Positions 35,274 to 45,142 of a DNA stretch of 51,309 nt are shown piece by piece (position 1 is the first letter of the stretch; each line of letters starts with the position of its first letter). The stretch comes from Euryarchaeota archaeon UBA250 (GTDB lineage Archaea; Thermoplasmatota; Poseidoniia; Poseidoniales; Thalassarchaeaceae). The notes below the pieces were generated by a model, which saw only the letters and a list, made by a program, of their open reading frames with translations, did not search any database and was not told the DNA's origin. The stretch is taken from positions 1 through 51,309 of the forward strand of contig DATW01000044.1 in NCBI GenBank assembly GCA_002504845.1, in the 5' to 3' direction. The position numbers were made by a program, and so were the translations under genes.

Positions 35274-36483
35274 TCATGAGTCTTCTTTGTGATTTTGCTA
35301 CTTTGAATAAGTGGTCAACTAGTGACGAAGACTCTGCAATGCCGTGTTGATTCAACCAGTGTATGATATTTGATCGACCGCTCATATGTCCAATTCGTAT
35401 GACTTGGTGAAGGCCAAAGTCGCCTGCAGGGACTCCTGAGTAAACTCTGTCCGCAAGCCAATCATCGCCTTTCTTCATGGCCTTGATGACTGCAGAAGCA
35501 TGCACACCAGTACCAGTCTCAAATGCATCATCTCCGAAGACTGGATAATTTCTTGGCAATGGCACTTCGATGTACTCATTAGCCTTCTTCATGTAGTTGT
35601 TCAGGCCGGTCAAATCGTTCGAAATAACACCCATTAGGCTTAGATTGACTAGAGTCTGGTCAATGGGAGCATTACCCGATCTCTCTCCTACCCCTAATGC
35701 AGTACCGTGTATTACATCGGCCCCCGATTCAACTGCTGCGAGATTGTTTGCAACTCCGAGACCACGGTCTTGATGCCCGTGCCAATTTACCTCTATATCG
35801 CGACGCTTTACACCTGAGTCAGGTATCACTTCTTGTTCTATGAATGACATCAGGCTACGCACTCCACTGGGGGTGACGTGACCGCAAGTGTCACAGATGC
35901 AAATCCTATCCGCACCAAGCTCAATGGCTCTTGTGTAGACGGCCTTGATATCCTCTGGACGACTCCTAGTCGTATCTTCAGTAACGAACATGACGGGAAT
36001 ATCATTGTCGATTGCAAATTCGACAGCTTCCTCCGCAGTTTTCATGATTCTTTCCATCGTCCAGTTTTCGGCATATTGGCGAATAGGGGATGTGCCGAGA
36101 AACGCACTTGCCTGTATCTGACGCTCATGTTTTGCCTGCAGATTGACAAGAGGCTCAATATCCGAAACTAAGGTCCTAACAGCACAACCAGGGCGTATCG
36201 AGTAACCATTCTCCCCCATGTGCCCGAGCATTGAATCTATGTGCTCAATATGATAAGGGCCTGCACCTGGCAGACCAAGGTCAACTTTCTGAATCCCCAG
36301 CCCTTCCATGCAATCCAGAAGCTCGATTTTCTGCTCTATCGTAGGGTTCCTAGCACTCGGACTTTGCAAACCATCTCTGAGCGTCTCATCATCGAACCAC
36401 ACAGGATGAGGGTGATTGCCCGAATCCCTCTGGAATTCAGGCTCTATCTTGTTCCAGTCGTAGATCAATTCCCGCTCGTCCAT
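35224..36483 (-). CDS. HMGL-like (DRE-TIM) 2-isopropylmalate / homocitrate / citramalate synthase family protein
   Basis: FDDETLRDGLQSP and WHGHQDRGLGVANNLAAVESGA mark the metal site. The specific substrate cannot be assigned from sequence alone. Confidence 0.75.
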   Translation of the reverse strand: MDERELIYDWNKIEPEFQRDSGNHPHPVWFDDETLRDGLQSPSARNPTIEQKIELLDCMEGLGIQKVDLGLPGAGPYHIEHIDSMLGHMGENGYSIRPGCAVRTLVSDIEPLVNLQAKHERQIQASAFLGTSPIRQYAENWTMERIMKTAEEAVEFAIDNDIPVMFVTEDTTRSRPEDIKAVYTRAIELGADRICICDTCGHVTPSGVRSLMSFIEQEVIPDSGVKRRDIEVNWHGHQDRGLGVANNLAAVESGADVIHGTALGVGERSGNAPIDQTLVNLSLMGVISNDLTGLNNYMKKANEYIEVPLPRNYPVFGDDAFETGTGVHASAVIKAMKKGDDWLADRVYSGVPAGDFGLHQVIRIGHMSGRSNIIHWLNQHGIAESSSLVDHLFKVAKSQRRLMSEEEIFSAIKTHKEAV

Positions 36484-36537
36484 CTTCTACGCCGTCCTTC
36501 CTACCGTACTGGATGTGTTTCAAGCATTCGGAAGAAG

Positions 36538-37626
36538 TCACACAAATGGATTCCCTGTTTTCGAGAAATTTTTCTCACTTCTCACTATGATCAAAGCAGC
36601 CAATATCGAACCAATAACCGAGCCAAAATCCCCTGATGATGCAAATAGTGCCATGAGGAACATGAGTCCAAGATAAAGTTGGGACACCCAGAATGAACGA
36701 GCTGCCTTCGGCATCCTGCCCGTGTTATCCATCTCTTCATCATGATGCAACACAAAAAGCGTCCTGACATACCATATTGCCACGAATATCGAACCAATTA
36801 GAAAAGATATGGATGCAATCGAGTCATTTTCGGAGAATATCAGATACGGCCCGATGAATGAAATTAGAAGTAGGAGACACCCATATACGCGCATCTCGAG
36901 TATCGTTCTCTTGCTCCCTTTCACACCAGGCATCATGGGGACCCCAACCTCATGATACTCCTTCGATTTGTACAGAGCCAAAGCCCAGAAATGCGGGGGT
37001 GTCCACAGGAATATCAGAGCCACCATGTAGTATGGAACAAAACTTCCAGTATCCAAAGATGAACCAATGAATGGAATCACTCCAGACCAATCCAGGGAAG
37101 ATGGGCCCGAGGCCACCCACCACCCTATCAGAGGGGGCGTCGAACCGGCAAGACCTCCAATAACTATGTTCTGAACGGTACTCCTCTTGAGCCATATTGT
37201 GTATACGAAGACATAGAAAAGAATGCTGAAAGCAGCCCAGAATGCTGCAATTTCACCACCCATTAATGTGAACCAAACAACACCTGTTAGAGAAATTGAT
37301 ATCCCAAAAAGAAGAGCTCCATTTGCGCTGATAGCCCCCGATGGGATGGGGCGCTTACTTGTACGGCTCATTTTTGGATCTATGTCACGATCATACCACA
37401 TGTTGATCGCATTCGCCCCTCCTGCTGTTAGATAACCCCCCAGGACGGTTATGCCCACTGATTGTAGGGTATGTCCAATGCTGGGTCTAGTATCAAGTGT
37501 CAAATCGTGTATCAGAACGGCACAGACTGCAGTGACTTGCAGGAGTATTACTACTCCTGGCTTTGTCAACCGAAGCCATGCCATCATGATTGCCGACTCC
37601 CCCCTGCGCCTATGAAGAGATACCAT
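36538..37626 (-). CDS. ctaB: Protoheme IX farnesyltransferase (heme O synthase)
   Basis: UbiA-family motif NMWYDRDIDPKMSRTSKRPIPSG in a polytopic protein. An alternative start at 37587 (MMAWLRLTKPG) is more typical for this family. Confidence 0.92.
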   Translation of the reverse strand: MVSLHRRRGESAIMMAWLRLTKPGVVILLQVTAVCAVLIHDLTLDTRPSIGHTLQSVGITVLGGYLTAGGANAINMWYDRDIDPKMSRTSKRPIPSGAISANGALLFGISISLTGVVWFTLMGGEIAAFWAAFSILFYVFVYTIWLKRSTVQNIVIGGLAGSTPPLIGWWVASGPSSLDWSGVIPFIGSSLDTGSFVPYYMVALIFLWTPPHFWALALYKSKEYHEVGVPMMPGVKGSKRTILEMRVYGCLLLLISFIGPYLIFSENDSIASISFLIGSIFVAIWYVRTLFVLHHDEEMDNTGRMPKAARSFWVSQLYLGLMFLMALFASSGDFGSVIGSILAALIIVRSEKNFSKTGNPFV

Positions 37627-38677
37627 CGGGAATGGCCATCATATCTTCACGACTCGCAATCCAGATAGTCGCAAGAATAAGGAATGATATAGACCCAATC
37701 AGCAGGTGCAAAAGTGATAGAAATTCCCAGAATGAATTGGTGCCCGGATCATATGATATCACATATAGGCCACCTAGTAATCCATTGAATAGGAAAACAC
37801 CTGTGGCAAGAGATACCCACTGTGCCAACCTCCTTGATTCAGGCTCAAATGAAACACGTTTCCAGGTTGTAAATGAGGCTATGAGGAGCGCGACTCCTTC
37901 CAAAGCCACGATTACACGATGAATTATCTGTGAATCAGCAGCAATGTCGTCCACTGGAATCAGCAACTCGCCATGACAAAGTGGCCAACTTTCGGAAATC
38001 CCCGCTACACCGCACCCATAATTCGCACCTTCTGTCGTGGAGACATAAACTCCGATGAAAACGGCCGAGAGAGCACCCAAGGATGACAATGCGACCATTC
38101 TTCTTTGCTTCGAATTCGCATATATCTGCATCATTTCTGGTGTTTTATCAGTCTCTCTCCAACGTGCCAAAAGTAACCATATGATGCATAGAGTGAACGC
38201 CAGTGCGCTTACGAGGTGAAGAGCAACCGACCAATGTTCGTTATCCATCCTCACTGTGAGATATCCTAAGAAGCCCTGCCAGACTATCAGAAAAAGACCC
38301 AATAGACCCGCATTCCTAACTTGTCTATTCGTACTTTGAACACGAGTACACATCCAAAGTAAAAACATCATTGGACCTAGTAAAGCACCAGCCAATAGAC
38401 GATGGAACCATTCAGTAAAAATCTCGAAAGTAGTGTACCTGTGATTGGCTCCACGTGAATCCTCTTCTTCCGGATTCTCATCCCACCAAGCCTCCTGCTC
38501 TTCTTCAGAGACATCAAAACCCCATGTCCCAAAGCATGTGGGCCAGTCTGGACAAGATTCCCCCGCATCATAAATCCGAATCATACCACCCATTGCTATG
38601 ACTGATGCAGTGACGGCTAGAACGACTATGGAGAGAGTCGTTATTGGAACACTCCCGGTGAGATCCCTTGCACCCAT
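37610..38677 (-). CDS. ctaA: Heme A synthase (CtaA/COX15)
   Basis: YDAGESCPDWPTCFG is present, along with conserved His residues in the TM helices. ATG 38677 has TTGAAGC beginning exactly 30 nt upstream. The ORF-track start at 38707 is a TTG. Confidence 0.9.
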   Translation of the reverse strand: MGARDLTGSVPITTLSIVVLAVTASVIAMGGMIRIYDAGESCPDWPTCFGTWGFDVSEEEQEAWWDENPEEEDSRGANHRYTTFEIFTEWFHRLLAGALLGPMMFLLWMCTRVQSTNRQVRNAGLLGLFLIVWQGFLGYLTVRMDNEHWSVALHLVSALAFTLCIIWLLLARWRETDKTPEMMQIYANSKQRRMVALSSLGALSAVFIGVYVSTTEGANYGCGVAGISESWPLCHGELLIPVDDIAADSQIIHRVIVALEGVALLIASFTTWKRVSFEPESRRLAQWVSLATGVFLFNGLLGGLYVISYDPGTNSFWEFLSLLHLLIGSISFLILATIWIASREDMMAIPDGISS

Positions 38678-38707
38678 GCCCTCACCGAGGCGACGCACCT
38701 GCTTCAA

Positions 38708-38983
38708 TCACTCGTTGTTAGCAGCTTCAACATCGATTGGTATTCGATCAGTTTCATATTCGAGAGTTGCAATCTTGAGCGGATCAAGGACGAAACGAGC
38801 CTTTGCTTCCTCAGTTCCATACAGTTGGATAAGCTCGTGCATGAACGCCTCACGGAGCTCTTCTTCAGAGACATAAAGAGGGGCTCCCATGCTAATTTGA
38901 AGGGCTCGAGCGCCGAGAATACGAGCTTTCTCAAACCTAGTATGTGTTCGAGGCATGGTTCCAGCCGATTGTATGACGCTCAT
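38708..38983 (-). CDS. rpoK: DNA-directed RNA polymerase subunit K (Rpo6/omega-like)
   Basis: [21 protein letters not shown] is the RpoK signature. ATG 38983 is preceded by GGTGG with 4-nt spacing. The ORF-track start at 39001 is a TTG. Confidence 0.88.
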   Translation of the reverse strand: MSVIQSAGTMPRTHTRFEKARILGARALQISMGAPLYVSEEELREAFMHELIQLYGTEEAKARFVLDPLKIATLEYETDRIPIDVEAANNE

Positions 38984-39004
38984 AAGGCCACCGACGTGCA
39001 ATCA

Positions 39005-40165
39005 TCAATCCCGTGAGACCAACATTCCTACTGCATTACCGCCGCCGAGGCACAGTGTGACGATTCCGAGAGTACCCCCAGTTCTTTCTAGGGCATTCAG
39101 CAGACTCATCAGACATCTAGCCCCAGAAGCTCCCAGAGGGTGACCCATCGCAACAGCACCCCCGTGCACATTGAAACAATCACGATCAATCCCGAAGTGT
39201 CCACGTATGCCACAAGATGCTGTAGCGAATGCCTCGTTGTGCTCGTAGAGATCGATATCTCGTGCTTCTAGACCATTTCTTTCCAACAGGGATCGTATGC
39301 ATGGTATCGGTGCAGACATCACTCTGGATGGTTCGACCCCAGATGTTTCGAAGTCAACAATCCTAGATAGAATCGGCCAACCTTCTCGTTTCGCAGCCTC
39401 TTCAGAACAAATCAACAGTGCCGCTGCGCCATCGCTCAACTGACTTGAGTTCCCAGCAGTAACTACTCCTCCATCCAGGAACGCTGGCCTAAGTCCGGAG
39501 AGAATCTCCATTGTCGAATTGTCTCTGATACCTTCGTCTCTACTGAGGTTTGGAATCGTTATCGCTTCTTTACCCATCCACCCGTTGCGCCATGCGGCCG
39601 ATGCTCTGCTGTGGGATTGAAGTGCATATCCGTCGGCATCAGATCTCGATACCCCCTCCTCAATGGCAATGTTTTCTCCAGTAATGCCCATTGACTCGCC
39701 GCTAAACGCATCTCTCAATCCATCATGCTGCAATATCGATACAAGACTTGAGTATTCCACGGACTCCCCTTTGGATACATTACGAGCTACCATCGGAGCA
39801 TTTGACATAGACTCCATGCCGCCTGCCACCAAGACCTCAGACCTCCCTGCTTCAATTTCCGATGCAGATATCATGACTGCCTTCAATGAGGAACCGCATA
39901 CCTTGTTCAGGGTAGTGGCAGGGGTCTTCAGCGGAAGCCCTGCACCTATTGCGGCCTGTCTAGCTGGAGCCTGCCCGGCACCTCCCTGTAGGACCATCCC
40001 CATGTACACTCCATCAATAACTCCCGATTCAGGAGGTATGTCCAGGGATTCTAACAATCCAGATATTGCCATCGTGCCTAGCTGTACGGCGGAATATTCT
40101 GAGAGGCTGCCTCTATACTTGCCAAAGGGGGTGCGGGCATAACCCGCAATCACTGCCACCGTCAC
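39005..40165 (-). CDS. Acetyl-CoA C-acetyltransferase (thiolase)
   Basis: LNKVCGSSLKAV carries the nucleophilic Cys. NEAFA and CLGGGNAVGMLV are also present. The start is a GTG, with TTGAAAT beginning 30 nt upstream. Confidence 0.92.
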   Translation of the reverse strand: MTVAVIAGYARTPFGKYRGSLSEYSAVQLGTMAISGLLESLDIPPESGVIDGVYMGMVLQGGAGQAPARQAAIGAGLPLKTPATTLNKVCGSSLKAVMISASEIEAGRSEVLVAGGMESMSNAPMVARNVSKGESVEYSSLVSILQHDGLRDAFSGESMGITGENIAIEEGVSRSDADGYALQSHSRASAAWRNGWMGKEAITIPNLSRDEGIRDNSTMEILSGLRPAFLDGGVVTAGNSSQLSDGAAALLICSEEAAKREGWPILSRIVDFETSGVEPSRVMSAPIPCIRSLLERNGLEARDIDLYEHNEAFATASCGIRGHFGIDRDCFNVHGGAVAMGHPLGASGARCLMSLLNALERTGGTLGIVTLCLGGGNAVGMLVSRD

Positions 40166-40234
40166 GAGCCTCCCGAGCAGCGAGCCGATTTCAATAGTAC
40201 GGTCACAGAGGTAAGCGACGATAATCAGGTTCCT

Positions 40235-41320
40235 TCAGTCAGAACCCGAAGAGAAGCTGTAGAATTCGGGCCTTTCAATCTCTGGTCTCAGTTCCGGTCT
40301 GACCAATACTGTTCGAATACCCCACAAGTCCGTGAATACACGATAGGCCGCTGTAGCATCAAGATAGTCGACGCCAGATGACCCTCCAGTGCCTACCCTT
40401 CTCCCGATAATCCTCTCAACCATTCTTGCATGAGCATGCCTCCATTTTACCATGGCCTCTTCAAGCTCTACAACAGCGTCCACAAGTGCTCTCGGCCAAG
40501 TTAGAAGAGGCAATTCTCGATATGACTCTATGAACAGTAGCCCTGCTCTAGATCTGTCCAACTCACCATTCGGAAGAAGAAACTCCCTCACTTGGACTCT
40601 AGCCCCCTCAAACCTACCTTTAATCGCCTCTGGAGGCATATCGCTAGATTGCAGCATAGCTGCCTCTTGATCTTTCGAATGCTTTTCGAATGCATCCAGG
40701 TGATCGTTAACATATTTCGAAACGACCTCCGCATCCCCCTCATCGCCAGGATTCGAGCCCATAATCGGAGTTCTGTGTACCCATGCCCTCACTACATCGT
40801 GTAGAGACGGCTTCTCACTGGCACGAATGAGACGCTCAAGAGCATGTTTCTGAGTTGGATCCTTTTCTGCAATTTTCCTAAATTGAAGAAGCGGGTCGAA
40901 ATTAGAACCCCTCATTTCGGGTGTGAGCCCGAGAACAATTTCTAATTCCCTCATCTGATACGATTCAAAACCTGATGCCGTCCCGAGTCCATCTCTGAAT
41001 GCAAGAAAGCCCTGGGGCGTGAGAGTTTCAAGAACACCCCACTGGTGAGCCATTAATTGGAATATCTCGGTTATACGACGCATCCCGTGGACACAGGATG
41101 GAATCGCCTCTTCTGGCACTGAAGAGGCCCCCAACTCATCCCGGACTCCTTCCAATTCTTTGATGACTTGCTTGAACCATAACTCAAAGGTCTGATGGAC
41201 GATGATAAAGTGCATTTCATCTCTCGAGACTCCTCTTTCATCGCCTTGAAGCTGTAGTAAACGATCCAACTCAAGATAGGTTCCGTAGGTCCAATTGCCA
41301 TCAGACTTGTCTCCGGCCAT
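40235..41320 (-). CDS. kynA: Tryptophan 2,3-dioxygenase
   Basis: YGTYLELDRLLQLQ and DEMHFIIVHQTFELWFKQV match the bacterial TDO pattern, and the length fits. Confidence 0.88.
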   Translation of the reverse strand: MAGDKSDGNWTYGTYLELDRLLQLQGDERGVSRDEMHFIIVHQTFELWFKQVIKELEGVRDELGASSVPEEAIPSCVHGMRRITEIFQLMAHQWGVLETLTPQGFLAFRDGLGTASGFESYQMRELEIVLGLTPEMRGSNFDPLLQFRKIAEKDPTQKHALERLIRASEKPSLHDVVRAWVHRTPIMGSNPGDEGDAEVVSKYVNDHLDAFEKHSKDQEAAMLQSSDMPPEAIKGRFEGARVQVREFLLPNGELDRSRAGLLFIESYRELPLLTWPRALVDAVVELEEAMVKWRHAHARMVERIIGRRVGTGGSSGVDYLDATAAYRVFTDLWGIRTVLVRPELRPEIERPEFYSFSSGSD

Positions 41321-41400
41321 GGCTGTCGAGAGGCGCTACACCTTATCAGTTGAGTCCGCCATCCATCAATCTATATGCGCCGAATCAACTTACCATGGCA

Positions 41401-41407
41401 TTCATAT
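41401..41407 (+). promoter_or_regulatory. Candidate TATA-like box (TTCATAT) upstream of the GNAT gene
   Basis: It begins 29 nt upstream of the in-frame GTG at 41430 but only 14 nt upstream of ATG 41415. It is identical to the boxes of radA and the beta-propeller gene. Confidence 0.35.
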
Positions 41408-41414
41408 CCTCTCG

Positions 41415-41990
41415 ATGCAACCAAATGATGTGATTTACATCCCAGATGCTATTCCGGTGTCTGAAGATCTCAACCTAAGGGCTGCTCGACTTAATGACGC
41501 ACCTGAACTGTTCAGAGTAGTCAATAAAAATAGAAAATTCTTGAGAAAACACCTGCCATGGCTCGATGATACAAATAGCATATCTGACGAGACTGACTTC
41601 ATCCACGACCAGTCCGAGAAAGCCAATCGAATGGAGGCCATGCTATTGCTGCTTGAATACGAGAATGAAATCGTGGGGACGTTGAGCATCAATCGAATCG
41701 ATCATGGAAATAGAACTGCGTGGATAGGATATTGGTTAGATGAAGATCACTGCGGAAATGGCTTGATGACTAGGTCGGCAGGTGCACTGATAGATGTTCT
41801 ACTGAACGCCTGCGCATTTCACCGCGTTGTGATAGAGTCAGGCATCGATAATCTACCCTCCAGAGCCATACCTGAGAGGCTAGGCTTCCGGGAAGAAGGA
41901 GTGAGCGTCGAGAGAGAATGGCTCTATGACCGTTGGATAGATATTGTTCAATATGCAATAACCGCTAGAGAATGGAATACTAGCGATTAA
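41415..41990 (+). CDS. GNAT N-acetyltransferase, RimJ/RimL-like
   Basis: LRAARLNDAPELFRVVNKNRKFLRKHLPWLDD and GYWLDEDHCGNGLMT follow the Acetyltransf_3 pattern. The start is ATG 41415 or a leaderless GTG at 41430. The ORF-track start at 41295 overlaps kynA. Confidence 0.75.
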   Translation: MQPNDVIYIPDAIPVSEDLNLRAARLNDAPELFRVVNKNRKFLRKHLPWLDDTNSISDETDFIHDQSEKANRMEAMLLLLEYENEIVGTLSINRIDHGNRTAWIGYWLDEDHCGNGLMTRSAGALIDVLLNACAFHRVVIESGIDNLPSRAIPERLGFREEGVSVEREWLYDRWIDIVQYAITAREWNTSD

Positions 41991-44071
41991 GCCTTCAGAA
42001 GCCCGTGATCTATCAAATCACAATTCCCTGACGGGAGCGCAGCAAGGACTTCGCCATGATCAAGTCCTGTAGCCTTCGATATACGCCTTGCAACGTCTTC
42101 TTTCTTTTCTCTTCCAGGGGTTATCTCCACCCAACGATCACATAAATTGCTAATTGCAGATATGGAGCCGGGCACAGGCATAGGGATGCCATTAACCGTC
42201 CCCAATCCAATCGCCATTTTCAATACGAGATCACGATGCCATCCCCTGTTGCCCCTTACTACGAATGATCCTCTCCCAAGTGCTTCTCCACTTTCTGTGG
42301 CTTTGCTTACCTGAGAGGGCCTGACATGGAATGCTGTCGCGGCTGCCGAACCAGCCCCCCATGCCCTTGACCAGCATGCTGCTAATGCCGCCGCCTCTTC
42401 TTTTTCATCTTCTGAGAGCATCTGAAGGTCTTCAGGAGCTCCGTTTATCGACTGTACAATCCTGAAATTACAAACTCCTTCTGAAGCGATATCGCCATCC
42501 TCTTCCAGTTCTAAACCATCTACTCTCTTGAGAGCACATGAGGCTGCTCCATGGAGGTCGGCATGAAGATAGAGATCTCCTGTTGAAAGATGCTTTTTCA
42601 CTACCGCATCGTTACCGCGGGCATCTCTCCCGCCCACCATCAATCTACCCGGGCCTACAATGCCCCATCGATAGCGTTCAAACCAAAACCTCCTAGTTCT
42701 ACGTACTGATGATACCTTGCCCTTGTTACGCTCTTTCTCAGCTTTAGAAGAAATCTTCTTTTGTTCACTTTCTGTCTTCTGTAGTGCCTTTCTAGCCCCT
42801 TCTGCCTTGGCTTTCAGCGTATGTGCTCGTTCAAAGTAATGTTGAGCACTCTGATGCACTGTACCCTCTATCGAAATCAATACCTCTTGACCGGGCTCAC
42901 CGTTTGAATCAGGTAAGAGTACCCTTGCGTTTTTACTAGCCGGGTCAACCTCTGAGATCCATTTTGAATCAGATGCCTGTTCTGATGTCAGAGACCATCC
43001 GACCTTCGATACTTGTTGTTCAATCTGAGATCTCACTTCTTCAAGATGGGTCCATGCTTCTAGCATGGATGAGCCCTTCTTCTGGAGTATCGAAGCTTCT
43101 CCTACGAATGACTCTATGCCCTCTCGTTGTTGATCGGCTCTCCGAGCCAGCCTGTCATCGTCCCTGCCCCCTTCTTCCTCCAGCACTGCTTCTTCCACTC
43201 TTCTGGACAGGGCTTTTGCATCATGTTCCCCATAGATTGAGTCAATGGCTGCACATAGGGACTCGACAGCCTCTCGGGCAAGACCTTCACCTGGTGAATG
43301 GGTGAACGGTGAGAACAACTTGTTTGAGCCTCCTTCACCTTCAGACCACACCGAACCTTGCCCTATCCTGTCAGACTCTTCCATAAGCGTTTGAATAGTC
43401 CCTATTAGCGAGGATCGCTCCTTATCGCCAAGATCCGAGATTGAAGATCGCGGGTCAATCTCTGAAATTCTACACACCAATTCCGCATACCTTCTCCCGA
43501 GATTCACTCTCCCTGCGAGGGTACGCTCCAAGTCGCGATCACCTTCTTTGAAAAGATCTGATAACCCCTTCTCATCAAGCGTACGGGGATCTGTAGCGGA
43601 AGGAGGCGGTGCGTAACGCTCTCCTCTTTTCAGCACCCTGCTCCTGTAGGCTGCACTGGTGAGTGGTTGGATGATCATATCTTCTTCATCAATCAGAATC
43701 GCATTACCGTCTCTGAACATCTCGATAATAAGTGAAATTTTTCCTCGACCATGCTCAAAATCAAGTCGAAGAACTCTATCAAATCCTATCTGGAGAACTC
43801 CAATTAGTCGTGCATTTCCGAGATATTTCCTCAAAGTCATTGCAAACGAGGAGGGATTTTGGGGCATAGGGCGATCTCGTTCAGAAAGATAGATCCTCTT
43901 GCCCCTGACGATTACAAGATCAACCGGACTCGCGCCGCTTTTCTTCATTCTGAGGACGACCTGCTCATAGTGCGGCTGGTATGCCTTCTGAGCACGTGCG
44001 CCAACCAGTTGCTCAAGTTCGACGCGCATTCTCGCCACATCAAAGGCGGACATCGCAATTTCAGATACCAT
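41987..44071 (-). CDS. NFACT family protein (archaeal Rqc2/RqcH/FbpA homologue)
   Basis: An NFACT-N start (MSAFDVARMRVELEQLVGARAQKAYQ), a central coiled coil and an NFACT-R motif (DLYLHADLHGAAS). ATG 44071 is preceded by GAGGGGGG. Alternative starts are 44086 (GTG) and 44053. Confidence 0.88.
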   Translation of the reverse strand: MVSEIAMSAFDVARMRVELEQLVGARAQKAYQPHYEQVVLRMKKSGASPVDLVIVRGKRIYLSERDRPMPQNPSSFAMTLRKYLGNARLIGVLQIGFDRVLRLDFEHGRGKISLIIEMFRDGNAILIDEEDMIIQPLTSAAYRSRVLKRGERYAPPPSATDPRTLDEKGLSDLFKEGDRDLERTLAGRVNLGRRYAELVCRISEIDPRSSISDLGDKERSSLIGTIQTLMEESDRIGQGSVWSEGEGGSNKLFSPFTHSPGEGLAREAVESLCAAIDSIYGEHDAKALSRRVEEAVLEEEGGRDDDRLARRADQQREGIESFVGEASILQKKGSSMLEAWTHLEEVRSQIEQQVSKVGWSLTSEQASDSKWISEVDPASKNARVLLPDSNGEPGQEVLISIEGTVHQSAQHYFERAHTLKAKAEGARKALQKTESEQKKISSKAEKERNKGKVSSVRRTRRFWFERYRWGIVGPGRLMVGGRDARGNDAVVKKHLSTGDLYLHADLHGAASCALKRVDGLELEEDGDIASEGVCNFRIVQSINGAPEDLQMLSEDEKEEAAALAACWSRAWGAGSAAATAFHVRPSQVSKATESGEALGRGSFVVRGNRGWHRDLVLKMAIGLGTVNGIPMPVPGSISAISNLCDRWVEITPGREKKEDVARRISKATGLDHGEVLAALPSGNCDLIDHGLLKA

Positions 44072-44093
44072 ATCCGCCCCCCTCACACGGTCC

Positions 44094-45113
44094 CTATGGC
44101 CACCGAAGATGCTTCCGGTTGGATGAGCAAGTCACAACATACCCGCCCCCCGGTCCTGGAAGCGCCTCTAATGTGCCGCCACATTCTGGACAAATTGCTT
44201 GTTCGGCCAACTCTTCAACCCAGGCCTGGCGCGTTTCCATCTCGTCACCTTCCTCCCTCAGTCTTCTGAGTATTCTTTTCACGGGATCTGACGGGTCCAA
44301 CCCTCTTTCCTTCCAAGGATCGGTCCCAATCGGCATCATTCCCCGTGCTTCATCTAGCTCAAAATCTCCTTCCAGCGGAACATTGCCACTTCGGGCAATC
44401 GGCCTAATCAGAATATATGCGCCAAAGAAGCCCCCTACGTGAGCAAGATGAGCAATCCCTGTCGACTGCCCCAGGCTTTCTACTTCGTACATGGTATAGA
44501 TTTCAAATCCTAACTTGATTAGAGTGATCAACCATACCGGCCATGCTCTGATTAGAAACAGCAGAGGGAACTCGATTTCATCTCTCGGCCAACCCGCCAT
44601 GTACGCACCAAGCAGTCCGAATGCAGCGCCACTCGCTCCCAACGATGCTCCTGTGTCTCCGATATGAGTCCCAACCCATGAGATGTTGCCCGCTAGAAGC
44701 CCGATAAAGTAGATCGCCATCCACCTTCTACCCCCCAGTCGCTGTTCAAGGGGAACACCGACTAGCGCTATAACGAGAATATTGTGAAGAACATGGAACC
44801 AATCAGCATGCAGCCAACCCGCAGTAATCCATCTGTGAGCCATACTAGGTTCGAAGGCAATAGCTGGTATCAGCGAAAGAAATGCAATCGGTTCAAACGC
44901 TAACCCCAGTAAATCTACCCCTGCTTGGAAGAATGTAACTAGTAGTAGAGATAGAACAGTGGCAAGGGCAAGACTGACTCCTGAACGGACGGCATAGACA
45001 TAGGGGCCGAATGCAAAAATCAAGAGAACACTGAGCGTGATAAAGTCGCCCGGCGTCAAGTCGCTCCAGTATATCTCCACACTTCTCCCCGGATCAAGAC
45101 GGTTGAAGCCCAT
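44094..45113 (-). CDS. Rhomboid intramembrane serine protease with a C-terminal zinc-ribbon tail
   Basis: WFHVLHNI (HxxxN), GASGAAFGLLGAY (catalytic Ser) and HVGGFFGAY (catalytic His). The tail is CPECGG...TCSSNRKH. ATG 45113 was preferred over TTG 45143. Confidence 0.88.
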   Translation of the reverse strand: MGFNRLDPGRSVEIYWSDLTPGDFITLSVLLIFAFGPYVYAVRSGVSLALATVLSLLLVTFFQAGVDLLGLAFEPIAFLSLIPAIAFEPSMAHRWITAGWLHADWFHVLHNILVIALVGVPLEQRLGGRRWMAIYFIGLLAGNISWVGTHIGDTGASLGASGAAFGLLGAYMAGWPRDEIEFPLLFLIRAWPVWLITLIKLGFEIYTMYEVESLGQSTGIAHLAHVGGFFGAYILIRPIARSGNVPLEGDFELDEARGMMPIGTDPWKERGLDPSDPVKRILRRLREEGDEMETRQAWVEELAEQAICPECGGTLEALPGPGGGYVVTCSSNRKHLRWP

Positions 45114-45142
45114 GAATAGCCCCTCCGGCCGTTTGCGGTGCA

